Assembly: GCF_009834535.1 (NCBI RefSeq)
Contig: NC_045696.1
Location: forward strand, 78,122,001 to 78,186,000
Direction of reading: 5' to 3'
Source: Camelus ferus
Lineage: Eukaryota
Length of the DNA stretch: 64,000 nt
Below the pieces are notes generated by a model, which worked only from the letters and a program-made list of their open reading frames with translations, was not told the DNA's origin and did not search any database. Positions 27,530 through 40,579 of this stretch are shown here, piece by piece. The position numbers were made by a program, and so were the translations under genes. Numbering within the stretch: position 1 is the stretch's first letter; each line of letters opens with the position of its first letter.

Positions 27530-28145
27530 ACTACATTATTTTATTAAATATTTCACATGTACAACAGGCTTAAAAGAATTATATAATAAATACTATATAA
27601 TAAAATAAAAAAATTATATAAAGAATTATGTAATAAATACTTAAGAAATAAGACATTTCCAGTTGCACAATCACACTCCTGTCTCCCCAAAGAAAATTAT
27701 CTTGGGTTTGATATTAATTTTTCCCATACATGAATTTGTTTTTATACATATATAATGCATATTTTAATATCTATGCAATACTGCTTTGATAGATTAACTT
27801 TCATATAAATATATCACACTGCACACATCCTTCTGCATATTGTTTTGTTTTTTTCTTTCAATCTATGTTTGTGAGATTCACCCATGCTAATACCAAAAAT
27901 TTTACTTCATGTATTTTTACTGTCATTATATGAATATACAATTTAATTACACAGCTAGAAAGGGAAGTTTACATTTTCCATTTTTTTCTATTATAAACTA
28001 CACTGTTGAGAACATTCTTGTACACATCTCCTTGTTCATATGTGAACAAGTCTCTCTAGGGTGTAGGACTAGCTGTAACATTGCTGGGTTAAAGAGTATG
28101 TGTATCTTCAGCTTTACAGACAACATCAAGTGGTTGCCCCAGTTG
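27530..28145 (-). mobile_element. Ancient L1M (L1ME-like) fragment
   Basis: 'atgtttgtgagattcacccatg', 'gagaacattcttgtacacatctccttg', 'attgctgggttaaagagtatgtgtatcttcagcttt'. Confidence 0.75.
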
Positions 28146-28429
28146 ACCAAGACTGAAGAGTTTTTGTAGTCTCCCCCGTACTCAAAGTAGTAGCTCTTCA
28201 ATGTATTTCAACTGTTCTGTGGGTTCTCATTCTTGACATCAAAGCCTTTTCCCCAAGAGACACATGACAGGTAATAACTATGCTTCAAAAATGGAACATC
28301 ACTACTCAGAGTCAAGAAGCACCAAAATATTTTCCTATCCCTCATCCTTAAAATGCTCAGGGGCAAAATGAGCAAGAGTCCTGAACAGCAACCAAAAATA
28401 CATAAGCTGTTATACAGTAATTAAAAATG

Positions 28430-28665
28430 TAATAACGGCTATTATTTACTGTGAGGAAATTATCTGCTGAGCATAGAATTAGGTCCTAATGTGCATTATC
28501 TTATCAACTCCTTAGAGTAAGGCTGGCAATGTGGCTGCTGTTGTCTTTGTTTTGTATAAGGAAAAATTCAGAAGCTGAATCAGCAGTTCAGTTCTTAAAC
28601 CAAAACAACACAGCTTGTAAATGACAATCAACATTCAACTGAATCTGCCATGCTCTACTATACCC
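28430..28665 (-). mobile_element. MIR SINE, degenerate
   Basis: 'tgtgcattatcttatcaactcctt...ttttgtataaggaaaaattcagaagct...acacagcttgtaaatgac'. Confidence 0.55.
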
Positions 28666-29777
28666 CGCGGCAGGCTGCAGCTTAGGACCCAGAGCATCCG
28701 TTCACCACAAAGGTCTGTAAAGCGCTGTGAAGACTAAGCAGCTGTAATTTCACTTAAAACTGAGGGACCTGCACACACATACGGGGTTTTCCAACTGCCT
28801 GTTCTTGCTTTATTTTCGTGGTGTGATTTCAGTACTTCTCACGACTTCCAGAAGAAGAGACAGATTATGAAACAAAATAACTTAATTAAAATGAAACATA
28901 GTCAACTGTTCTAAAAAGTTACAGTACTGCTAAAAACAGCAGCAGAAAGCAAACAAATAGAAGGCATTTGGGTCATTATCTGTAGATTTTACTCACATTT
29001 ACTGAGATGACTCAACTTTCCATCAGCACCTTAAGCCTTGCTTAATGTTAGAGGGCAAGGAATTCTGAGGTTCTAAAGGAGAATGACTCTAAGGGAATTA
29101 AAGTCATTCTCATTCAAATTCTATTCTACCAGATGGCATCAGTCCTACATTAAGAATTTTAAGAATTGGGCGCGCAGGCAAAGAGGATCAAAGGAGCTTC
29201 CTAAGAACGTTCAGTGACAATACCAACCACAGTACAGGACTCTGCCTTCTGAGGAAGAACAAGGGTAGAAAACTGGGCAATCAGAGGCACAGTTGCAACA
29301 GAGTATAAAGGCAAAAACCTGAAGAGCTTGAAAAAGAACAAAAAATATATACTTTAATTTTGAGGGTGGGAAAATACGTCCACTTGATGACCAGAAGTAG
29401 CACTCTCAAACTCAGCTTCCTGCAGTGTGATGGCTAGACTGTAACTGGCATATGCTGGGCCTCATATTCAGCTAACAAAGCAGGGAATAATAGGACTTAG
29501 CTCTATCAAAGTAAACAGCCTTTTACTTGGAAAATAAAAAATCCAAGGGGCGTGAAATGAGCTGTTTCAAATGTATGTCTCTTTCCTCCATCTTCCTTTC
29601 ATTCTTCCTCTCTGTGAGAAAACTAGAATCAATGGCTCTAGCTTCCAGGCGGACATATTTTGGTCCAACGCCATACCCCTCACCACGATGCTAACAGACA
29701 AAGGTTTTAAAGAACATAGATGTGTCCAACTGTCATGGGAGGTATGAAACACAGCAGAAATGTTCACTTTGGCAGGT

Positions 29778-29887
29778 GGGAGAGTGGGTATAGCTCAGCA
29801 GCAGAGCACATGCTTGGCATGCACAAGGTCCTGGGTTCAAGCCCCAGTCCCTCCACTAAAAATAAATGAATAAATAATCGAAAGAAT
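29778..29887 (+). mobile_element. tRNA-Ala-derived SINE, camelid vic-1-like
   Basis: ggg...gtatagctcagcagcagagcacatgcttggcatgcacaaggtcctgggttcaagccccagtccctcca plus A-rich tail; A/B-box remnants; 19-bp TSD aatgttcactttggcaggt (29759-29777) / aatgttcactttgtcaggt (29888-29906). Confidence 0.9.
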
Positions 29888-29921
29888 AATGTTCACTTTG
29901 TCAGGTTGTTCCTTCACAGGC

Positions 29922-30160
29922 AGCTCTATAACACAGTGACTCACAGAGCTTTAGGGTTCAATGGTCTGGGCTCATATTCTGCTCAATCTCTATCTGTGTG
30001 TCTCCGGGTAAACTATTTAACCTCTTTACATGTCACATGCCTTGTCTGTAAAATGAGGAAAACAGCACCTACCTGACAGACCCACTGTAAGAACTAAAGC
30101 ATTTACAGAAGTGTCTGCCACACAATACATTTTAGAAATAACAATATTGTTAATTATATT
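29922..30160 (+). mobile_element. MIR SINE
   Basis: 'gggtaaactatttaacctcttt...tgtctgtaaaatgaggaaaacagcacctacctgacag'. Confidence 0.75.
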
Positions 30161-30656
30161 ATAAAATCATAATTAAAATAAAAATATTCATGGTGATGGT
30201 AACTAAATGATGATTGGAATAAATGACCTAAGTCTTCTTTCTCATGCCATGAATTAATGGTATAAATTTAAATTTTCTATTCCCTTCCTACTTTTACTAA
30301 GCATTTACCAAGACATACTGCATGGGAGCTGAACTAGAAAGTTACCCAAAGAGATTGCTTGTGGGTTTGATTTCACTCTCTCAGTAGCAATCATTAAGCC
30401 CTGAAAATTATTTTATAACTTTTGTGCTCATTTTTACTGGGTTTCTCTAATGATAACAGATTTTCAAATAATGCATAAAACAATGAAAATGTGGTGTTGG
30501 AAGTATAGCTGTAATAAGGATCTCTCTTACAAGGTACTGAAATAGGCAATGTGTAATTGTATTAGACATTCTCAGACATCAAGAGAAGAACATTTGACGT
30601 CCTTTTCACTCTTTTTTAATTTCACTAACTCTAAATCATCAATTCTCAATACATTC

Positions 30657-31016
30657 TGTTAGGGACTGAATGTGTCCATCGCATCAAATTCATATGTTGA
30701 GGCCCTAATCCTCAAGGTAATGTATGAGGAGGTGTGGCCTTAGGGAAATAGTTTTAAATGAATTCATAAAGGCAAAAGCTCATGATGAGATTAGTGCCCT
30801 TATCAGAAGAAGAGACACCAAAACTTCTCTCTGCCAAGTGAGGATACAGCAAGAAGGCAGCTGTTTGCAAGCCAGGAAAAGGACATTTAGCACGATCTCA
30901 ATCTACCACTGCCTTGATTTTAGCTTCCCAATCTTTAGAACAGTAAGAAGAAATGTCAGTTGTTGAAGCTACCTAATCTGTGATATTCTGTTACGGAGCC
31001 AAAGCTGACAAAGACA
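30657..31016 (+). mobile_element. MaLR solo LTR, MLT1A-like
   Basis: 'tgttagggactgaatgtgtcc...caaattcatatgttga', 'gtgaggatacagcaagaaggcagctgtttgcaagccagga', ending 'gctgacaaagaca'; 5-bp TSD cattc/catac. Confidence 0.88.
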
Positions 31017-31939
31017 CATACTCAGAGCATAATAACAATTCAGCAAAATTCAGTTGTCTAAAACAACGTATTCTAATATATCAGTGCATGTTAACTACAG
31101 GCTGAGTATTTCCATTTTTTGGTTACAACTACCTCTTCCTAGTTTCCCCATCAGCACCTATAAATAAACACTTAAGGGTCTGCTAAATGAGCCTCAAAAA
31201 GCTGATCTGAACAATCAATTGTAGGATTGAAATGTGCTTAAAATCTGAATTACTGCTGTCAATGAATGCTCTTGAATGCAAACAAAAACCTATGCATACC
31301 CACAAGGTGTCAACACTGTGATTGGCAGAAATTGTTTCTCAAGGCTCAGCCTTATCCAAAATGTGTTGCTTGAAAATCTAAGCAGTATAAATTGTGCTAC
31401 AGTAGTTGAAAAAGTAGCTTAAATTCCACAAAATAAACCATGATAAATATAAAAATAATAATTAAATTGCTATACTTTAAAATGCCAGCAATTTGCTCAA
31501 AAGCCTTGTGACAATGACAGTGGCTAAGACCTAGTTCTCTCTGGGAATAACCCATGTCTGAGGAACCTACAAATAGCTATGAAGTTTCACAAGTATCTAA
31601 AGGTTTCCAGGCAACCAGGAACACTCCACAGATAACTCATGTTACAACAGAAAGAAATATGCAAGTATTTTGAATTTTTAAGAAGAACCAGTGAACTACT
31701 TTAGGTCACTGATTCTTTCAAGAGAACCCTTTTAATGTGAGATGATTATTTCTTGAGTAAATAATATTTAATAGTGATCCTCATCTTGATAAAGAAAACT
31801 GACAGCCATCATACTGTCTCCCCTACCAGCTATATGCATACATGTGTGCATTGTGTGTTTGTGTGTGTGTGCAGAGAGAGAGAGATTTTTTTATCTATCT
31901 AGATTTAACAGAAGTCAGAAGTTATCCCAACTCACTCAC

Positions 31940-32700
31940 TACCATTTATTCACTCAGTTATTCACTCAACATTTATTTAGTGACCATCTTATTCCTGGCC
32001 CTAAGCTAGTTGCTGGAATTATAAAGACAAATAAGAGCTCACACTTTATAAAGGGAATGAACGTACAAATTACATTAAACTACAACTTGGTCAGTGCATA
32101 AATGAAAGTCAATTTTACATGTCAGGAGAGAGAAATGGAAAGTAACTTCTTGTGTACCAGAGAAGGCACCCTAGAAAAAAGTAATATTAAAAATTATTCC
32201 TTTTTTTGGCTTCTTTTTTTAATCAAAGAATAGTTGATTTAGAATGTTGTGTTAGCTTCTGGTGTACAACACAGTGATTCATTTATACATACATATATTC
32301 TTTTCATTATAGATGATCACAAGATACTGAATGTAGTTCCCTGTGCTATACACTAGGACCTTACTGTTTATCTATTTTACATATAGTAGTTTGCATCTGC
32401 TAATCCTAAACTCCTAATTTATCCCTCTCCCTTCCTTTCCTCTTTGGTAACCACAGTTTGTTTTCTATGTCTGTGAGTCTCTTTCTGCTTTGTAATTAAG
32501 TTCATGTGTATCATTTTTTAGATTCCACATATAAGTGTTATCATATATTTGTCTTTCTCTGTCTAGCTTCACTTAGTATGATTATCTCTAGGGCTATCCT
32601 AAAAATAATTCTTAAAGAGTGAATTTGTCTAGCAGCTCAGAGAAGATAGTCATTTCTAGACAAAGGAATAGTGTGCTGAATATTGGTGAAGAGTACCTAT
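31940..32700 (-). mobile_element. LINE-2 fragment interrupted by an L1
   Basis: 'tattcactcaacatttatttagtgaccatc', 'cagagaaggcaccctag', resuming after the L1 with 'catttctagacaaaggaatagtgtg'. Confidence 0.6.
32202..32599 (-). mobile_element. L1 3' fragment with TSD
   Basis: Antisense L1 3'UTR; TSD taaaaattattcct (32188-32201) / taaaaataattctt (32600-32613). Confidence 0.88.
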
Positions 32701-32958
32701 GAAAATAGAGTTATGAATTTTTAATCACTTAACTGAATGGCATTTAAAAGCAATCCTTTATCTCTCACAATAGGAAATCTCCTAGTGAAGCTATAATCTT
32801 GATATTCTGATAGATATTAATGTGTCCAAATCTTCTAACCTAATGTAGCATTAACTAGTCTAATTTAGAGTCATTTAAAATGGAAGCCAAGAAAAAACTT
32901 TTTTTCAAAAAGTCTACGTCTTTCACAGAATTGGTTCTACTGGCTTAAAGGTTCAAAG

Positions 32959-33135
32959 CAGTTGTTCCCAAAGCATAAACCCTGAATCAGCACATCACTG
33001 GCTGGAACTTTCAGAAATGCATTCTTGAGCCTCTTCCTAGACCTACTCAATCTGATGCTATGGAGATACAGACCAGCACTCTGTGGTTTAACAAGCCTTC
33101 AAGGTCATTCTTATATAAAGGCTGGGAATCACCGA
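32959..33135. mobile_element. MER5A-like hAT-Charlie MITE
   Basis: 'cagttgttcccaaag...agaaatgcattcttgagcc...agacctactcaatctga...tttaacaagccttcaaggtcattct...gggaatcaccg'. Confidence 0.8.
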
Positions 33136-33454
33136 CATAAAGCATTGGTTATGCCAGCATTAACATGTGCATTTCTGTAGGAATCTCCTAGCTATCTTGA
33201 GAGAAGGAAAACTCAACTCTATAGTAGCCTAACTTTTCCACTTCCACTTTGAAACAATTCTCAACTTTGTTGCACATAAATATATAATTGATCAGGTTAG
33301 TTTATCTAACATTATTTTATCTGACATTGATTGAAGATAACAGGGACCAAAATGTACATTTGGGACAAATGAAAGAAATATTTTTATAAGTATGTATATA
33401 TGTATTTTTTTCTATTAAAATGTACAGGTATATTAGATAACTTTATTGCAATTA

Positions 33455-33715
33455 AAATAATGATAATACCTAACACTGACACAGTAGTTAACTTGTGCCA
33501 AACAATTTTCCAGAATACTTTACACAGATTAACTCTCTAATCTTCCTAACAACTCTTTGTAACACAGAACTTTGTTATCCCAGGCAACTAAATCACAGTA
33601 TATTTAAGTGACTTGTCCGTGGGAGCAATGCTTTGAATCTGAGCAGTGAGAGCTGGGCAGTGAATACTGACAATCTGGCTCCAGACCCCATGCTCCAAAT
33701 CACCTTGTTACACTG
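33455..33715 (-). mobile_element. MIR SINE
   Basis: 'ataatacctaacactg...tgtgccaaac...tactttacacagattaactctctaatcttcctaacaactct...tctggctccagaccc'. Confidence 0.7.
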
Positions 33716-33864
33716 CAACCCGTGCAAGACAAATTTTTAATATTTTTAATTAAATTAAGAGTCTAATAGCAGTGGATACCTTAGAGCATTAGTAAATAAT
33801 GTTACTGGTTGTAGATTATTTTGTGAGTTCTTACAAAGCACACATGCACATGCATGTGCACTCA

Positions 33865-34030
33865 CACACTGCCAACTCTGCCACTTGCCAGATGTATGAC
33901 CTTGGGAAAATCAACTCACTTCTTTCTGCTACAGTTTCCTCTTGTGTTAAATGGGGACAGTGTTGTAAGCATTATTTATACATAAATTATTTAAAAGAGT
34001 GCTTAGGATAGGTCCGTTATTGTTTTTGTT
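33865..34030 (+). mobile_element. MIR SINE core
   Basis: 'ctctgccacttgccagatgtatgaccttgggaaaatcaactcac...cagtttcctcttgtgttaaatgggga'. Confidence 0.75.
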
Positions 34031-34761
34031 GTTGTCTGAAATAAAAAGTCAGAGTATGTTATAACAGATGCCTCTATATCTTGTATTTTTATAGCCTGCA
34101 CCAAAAATTCTTACACTTACTTCAATTGATCTTTCCTTCAAATTTTTAAATGTGTCGCTTTGAAATAGCCAACTACTGCTACTCTCCCCACCCCTTTCCT
34201 TCATTAGTTCTAGTAGTTTTACACTAGTGGTAAGCTGAGTGGTAGAAGTGGGGCCACAAAGGCCTGCTTTTGCTCTAAACTCCCTTTATATACGTAGGTT
34301 TGAATTAGAATCCTCTCTATAAGTAGGTTTGAGTTAAAACCTTCTCTATGAATAGTTTTGAAATAATTTACTATTAGGTTAGATAAAAAGTATGAAGAGA
34401 CAGAAAGCAACAGAGATGCTCTCATGAAAACAGAGCTCAGATAGCTACTTTATGAATTGCGGGCACAGAGATCAAACACAAAGTTATGACGATGGCATGG
34501 AGATGGGTATAATAGAGCTGGTTGGAAACAGGAAGGTATGAAAGAAAAACAGACAGAGGAAGAAAGCATAAAGGGCATGGAGACTTAGACAAGATGCTTT
34601 GCGCTGGGGCACAGAGGGAAGGTCCGGAGAATGGGTGCATCTCTTATTAGAGAATATCCACGAGAAGAAATATACCCAGGAATTAACTTTGTCTACTTTA
34701 TAATTACACTTAGGCTGGCCTTTCTTTTCCTCAAGTCATCCTTCTATATATGAATAATTGT

Positions 34762-35296
34762 TATATTAGTTTCTTGTTGCTGCTGTAACAAGTTACTACA
34801 AACAATAGTTTGAAATAGCACAAATGTACTATCTTACAGTTCTGAAGGTCAAAGTTGGAAATGGGTTTTGCCAGGCTAAAAAACAAAGTCAGGTTGTTGA
34901 CAGGGCTGTGTTTCTTCCGGAATCTCTATGGGAAAATCAACTTCTTTGAATTTTCCAGCTTCTAGACGCTGACTATACTCTTTGGCTCACAGCCTCTTTA
35001 CACATATGCAGAGAGGAAAGTGTAGCATCTTCAAGTTCATTCATTCATTCATTCATTCATTCAATTTTCTCTCTCACGCTGCTTCCATCATCACATTTCC
35101 TTCTTTAACTCATCGCCTTCTTCTAAGAACCCTTTGATTATACTGGGCCCACCCGAATAACTCAGTATAATCATTTCATCTCAAAATTCTTAAATTAATC
35201 GTATCTACAAAGTGCCACTTGTCATGTAAGGTAACATATTCAAAGGTTTCAGGGATTGGGCCATATGGGGGGGGCATTATTCTTTTGTTAGAACCA
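34762..35296 (-). mobile_element. MaLR solo LTR, MLT1D-like, with internal (TTCA)n
   Basis: 'tattagtttcttgttgctgctgtaacaagttactacaaac', 'ttttccagcttctaga', 'ctgggcccacccgaataa', 'catgtaaggtaacatattca'. Confidence 0.85.
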
Positions 35297-36159
35297 ACTT
35301 CCAATATCTTGTCTAACAATTCCTGATTTAAGTGCAAACCTACCAAAAGGCTAGGGTCTTAAATATGTCATCCTGAAAGACTATCCAAGCTTTACAGAAC
35401 TATTAGGCAAGTTAATGCATGCATTTCTCATTTGTTTAGTAAACCCACACATTGCTATTGTGACATAATACCTGATATAACATAGTAACTAATAACTAGG
35501 CATTTGTCTGACAAGAAATGGTTCATTTAAATGCACAGAAATGTAAGATTTTTTACGGTATTTTTGCAAAGCAGCAGGGAAGAAAGAGTTACAGCTGTAT
35601 GGCCACAGAAGATATATTTATTTTACCCATGCAAACATAAAAATAATTCAGTATGAAATGCACAGACTCAAACCAGTTCTTGGTGAAATGGACTTCATAA
35701 AAATTGTCTTTTGTATCATCAAAATAGAAGGTTGTCTTTTCAAAACAATTTCCAGATGAAGAGCAGACGATAATGTATATATGCTCGTACATAAATAACT
35801 GCCTGAAAATAAAGGTGGCAAGCACAGATACAATTTGAAGATATGTGTTACAAATAAAGCAGATATTTTATGATTCACTGCTACGTCTAATTTTGTGCAA
35901 ATACGTTTTCTCTTCCTAGTATGACATCTGAATATTAAGATAATAATTTTTGTATGTTTGGAACCTAATGTTAGATCAACTAGCACAGATTGAGTAAGCA
36001 TATGAAAGAAATATATCATTGGCTAAAAATCAGAGAAGGTAATTAAACTATTGAAAGTGAAGCAGAAAACAAAGGCCAGCTCAAATGTTCTGTATCACTT
36101 GATTAATTGTTGAAACAGTAAGAAGGGCAGTGAGTACTTTGAATCAAAACTAATGTTTA

Positions 36160-36970
36160 TATGGTAAGTCTATTTTAGTCTTCTGAGGAATCTCCATACT
36201 ATTTTCCCTAAGGGCTGCACCAAACTACATTCCCACCAACAATGTAGAAGAGTTCCCTTTTCTTCATACCTTCTCCAGCATTTTTCGTCTGTGGACTTTT
36301 TAATGATAGTCATTCTAACTGGTGTGAGGTGATACCTCATTGCAGTTTTGATTTGCAATCCCACTTCTGAGCATATATCAGAGGGAACCTTAATTCAAAA
36401 AGATATCTGCAGCCCCACATTCATAGCAGCACTATTTACAATAGCCAAGACATGGGAACAACCTAAATGTCCACCAGCAAATGACTAAATAAAGAAGTTG
36501 TGGTATGTTTATATAATGGAATACTACTCAGCCATAAAAAAGAATAAAATAATGCCATTTACAGCAACATGGACAGACCTGGAGACTGTCATTCTAAGAG
36601 AAGCCAGAAAGAGAAATAAAACTACCATATGGTATCACTTACATGGGGAATTCAAAAAAAAAAAACTTATTTACAAAACAGAAACAGACTTAGAGAAAAC
36701 AAATGTATGGTTACCAGTGGGGGAAGAGGGCAGGAAGGGATAAATTGGGAGTTTGATATTTGTGGATACTAATTACTGTACATAAAATAAACAACAAGCT
36801 CATACTGTATCACAGGGAACTATATTCAATATCTTGTAGTAACTTACAGTGAAAAAGAATATGAAAACGAATATATGTATGTTCATGTATGAACTGAAGC
36901 ATTATATTGTACACCAGAAATTGACACAACATTGTAAACTGGTTATATTTCAATAAAAATATAAACATCA
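36160..36970 (+). mobile_element. LINE-1 with 5' inversion (36160-36356 antisense, 36355-36970 sense)
   Basis: Minus [23 protein letters not shown]...[12 protein letters not shown] abuts the plus-strand continuation; TSD core ctaatgttta at 36150-36159 and 36980-36989. Confidence 0.92.
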
Positions 36971-39900
36971 ACAAAACCCCTAATGTTTAAAATCCACATA
37001 TATGCATCTATAAAATCATGTGATGTGAAGAACATAAAACTATATGAAATTAACAGAGAGCAGGAAATTTTAAAAATTAGATGATTAAGATGTGAAACTA
37101 ATTTAAAGAACAAAGCAGTTAAAATGTCAAGTAATAAAGAATATTATTGGAAAATAAGTAAATATAAATAACTAAATCATTAAGAAAAAGGTTGTCTTCA
37201 GGATTTGGAAGAGCAGGTTGCAGTTATTGACTAGACTGGATGGGACAATAAGAAACCTGCTTACATATTCAAAATATGTATTCAATTGTCAGTGACCTTA
37301 AGTTTAAGTTGGATAAATTAAATAAAAAAAAAACCCTGTTTGAAAAAAAACATGGCTCAAAATGAAAGGCAAAATGATACAGACAGGTTTTCTCTTCCAG
37401 ACACTAAATCCTATCAAAGTACTTAATAAGCATGCTCATTTCTGGAAGAAAAGGTAATTATTTCAGCTCTGCACATTTACATGACACTGTGTCCTATTTA
37501 CTAATTAATCAAAAACCAAGAGTTTTCTTGGAATTCATAAAAATGTCATAAAACTGATCTCTATAATACCTGACCATGAAATTTGCAATGATACAATGAA
37601 AAGCAGAAAAGGAAGAAAAAAATTGTACATTTAAAAAATAGAATTCAGTATTGCTTTTAAAACTACCATCATTGAATTTTCAGTTGCTAACTGCCACCAG
37701 ATCTTTCTGACATCGTACAAGAAAATTAATGGGCAAAATTTGAACATTAGATTTAGATTTCTTTGGGCGGTTCCATTTGCAAAATTTTCAAAGAAATATG
37801 TACATTTTTCAAAGAAATATGTACATGTGAATGTACACATATGTACATTCAATCTCTATTGATATACTACCAGAATTTTATGTAAGGTCTTGAATGGTTC
37901 TGATTTTTCATCATAGTTAAAAATAACTGTCATTTGTGTAAGTCCAATAAGTATCCAATTGAGCCTAAAAATGTCATCCTTGGCATGCTTAATTATTCTC
38001 ATCTTTGTTCTATTTTAGTAAGTACAGGAAAATTGCTTTTAATTACTTGTGTCAGCAATATAATTTTTTTCCATTTTCAAGTTCTTAAATATTGAGGGCA
38101 ATGTGAAAAATGCAATTAGATAGTCAAGTAATTGCGCAAACACTTTTTTTCAATAAGATGGAAATGTTGCAAAAACTTAACTATCATCTATCAAGATGTG
38201 CTAACATGAGGTAGCCAAAAATGTTTGTTTAGATGCAATGTATATGGTAACTTAATGGGTACAAGTGCTGGTTGAATGATGGGGAGGACTACTAAACACT
38301 GGATAACTTGCAATAAAAAGAAAAGTTTTTAAAACATTTGTTATATGGATTGGTCAATAATTTGAAGCATAAAATAAATCAATACATGCAAGTGTGCCCA
38401 CATTTTATAGTACAATATATATGTACAATTAGGGATATATTATTGCAATTCACAATCTTTCTAAAATGTATTATGTTCTAGACAGTTTTTAAAGATGATA
38501 TAGTATAATAATATAATAATTTCCCTTAGGGATTCATAAGCATATGCAACTAGAGGGCCATAGGTGGAGAAATTAAAATGAGGAATTATTCTCAAAAGTG
38601 CAATATATTTGACAAGTCTGTTATTAAGGTATTCTTAGGTGGATCCAAATCAAAGGAAACTTTTATCTGTAAAGTTGCAGAAGTTCAATTCAACACATTT
38701 GCTGATACTGTATACTCTATGCTGGTAAGTACAAAACACTATGCTGAGAATATCAAAGTCAGAGGTGGATACAACTTTCATTGACCAAGGTGCTTGCAGC
38801 TTGGAAGCTTGAATGCACTGACAAAGAGGAACTCTAAACAGAATAGGGAAAAAAATGAAGCAGTGTTACTAATGATTATTTTTTTTAGCTAATATAGGAG
38901 ATAAGTCAGTGGCCAAGAAGGTTAGAAAATGTGTACCAAACAATATGGTGAATAAATAAAGGTTAAGACTTAAGATAAAATTATTCTGGTTTCTCCCAAA
39001 CTATTCAAAAAATCTTACTGAAATATTTTTAAAAGATGCCAGTGTGGAATGACTATATTTGATAGAGTACCAGAAAACTGAAGTTCGGCTCCTTTGCTGG
39101 AAAATTTCTAATTAGAACCACAGAGCAGTTATCAAAATAATACAGTCAGCTTTCTGCTAAGATGCTAACAGGATGTGCCCCTCCCGCACCAAATACAAAG
39201 AGTCTTCATCAGGCAATGTTTAGTGTATTACCTAAAATCTTGAAATAATATGTGGATGCTATCTTTGACCCAGGACATTCACTACAGTAAGGATCCTAGC
39301 TTCTTTATAATATTTTATCTTTGTGTTTAATGATAAATTTCATGTATCTACTTAACTCAGGACACAAATATTGAACGTCCACATTTCAGTCAGCATATAA
39401 TGACTTGAAATACAGTGGTCTTCCACAAGACAAATCTGGGTGATAAGAATTATTTTTCTAGATAAGTAGAACTGTCTTTTTTTTTTTTTTTTGGCCTAGA
39501 AAATGAAAATTTTTCTCTAAACAAAATCTGTGTAAAAGTTATTATCCAAAGAGAAACAAACACTGTACAGATAAATTGCCTTAATAGATAAACCTCCATT
39601 TTCCCATTAGACTCCATTCTATTAGAACTTGAGCAGTGATAACTTTTATTTTGTACACAATTCAGCATCTATGAGAGTACCAGACACATAACAGGTTCTC
39701 CATAAATTTTAACTAAATGAGTGAAATGTGGCTAAAAAAAAGCTGTCTATAAAGATCATGTTTTCCAGGTCACATGATGATGCCCTTTTTAAAAACATCT
39801 TTAAAGAAAAAATGCAACTACAAAAAAAAAATCCCTGAATTAAATAAATGAGTTTATCCATTTTACTGGCTTTAAAAGTGCAACTATAACTATAATCCTC

Positions 39901-40579
39901 ATACTCATGAATTACATATGGACTAGGAGGACAATAAAAGAAGGAATGTTTTGATAGATTAGCCAAATAATGAAAAGGTCCAGTGTAGTCAAAGAAATAA
40001 GAACTCCACTCTTCCAGCCAGCAACACAGAAGCTAGAGTAGAGAATTATCAATACATATTAAACAGAATGAATGACTAAATGAGCAAATACAGAACTTTC
40101 CACACTCCCAAAGCCAGCTACTGGTACTGCAGTATTTCTAAGTGTACATTTGTTCTAAGATGAGTAAAGCACAATCAATCTGTTCTGTACACAACCATAT
40201 TTGGAAGGCAATGCAAAATCCTTCTGACTTGAGTATCAATCTGCTTCAAGAAGCTTCAATCTGCTTCTCACTTGTTTTATGCCGTGAGACATCTCAGTCA
40301 TTTCAGATAGCTTTGTGACTCTGTGAGGAGTATCACGGTAACTTGCTTAGTTACTACTCTATACTGCAGTCTCAAATGGCCTCGTCGTTTGATTTCAGTA
40401 TGCACTGTTTCTCTATGATATATGTTTATGACCAAATATGGGAGTGCAATAGAAATGCAGAATAGCAGCTCCTAACCTAATTATAACCCTGAGATGTAAG
40501 AATTTTTGACTGTTTGAAAAGGTATCATAACATATAAGGGGGAAAAAAAGCTATTCTGACTATACATTGCATTTTACCT

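Noticed and set aside
29126..29141. CTCF-like CTACCAGATGGCAT (and ATGCCCCCTAGTAA at ~10421)
   Set aside because: Both mismatch the strongly conserved 5' C positions of the core motif.
29778..29856. tRNA-Ala gene
   Set aside because: The A-box and D-arm are mutated, an A-rich tail replaces a T-run terminator, and a 19-bp TSD flanks it, so it is a SINE.
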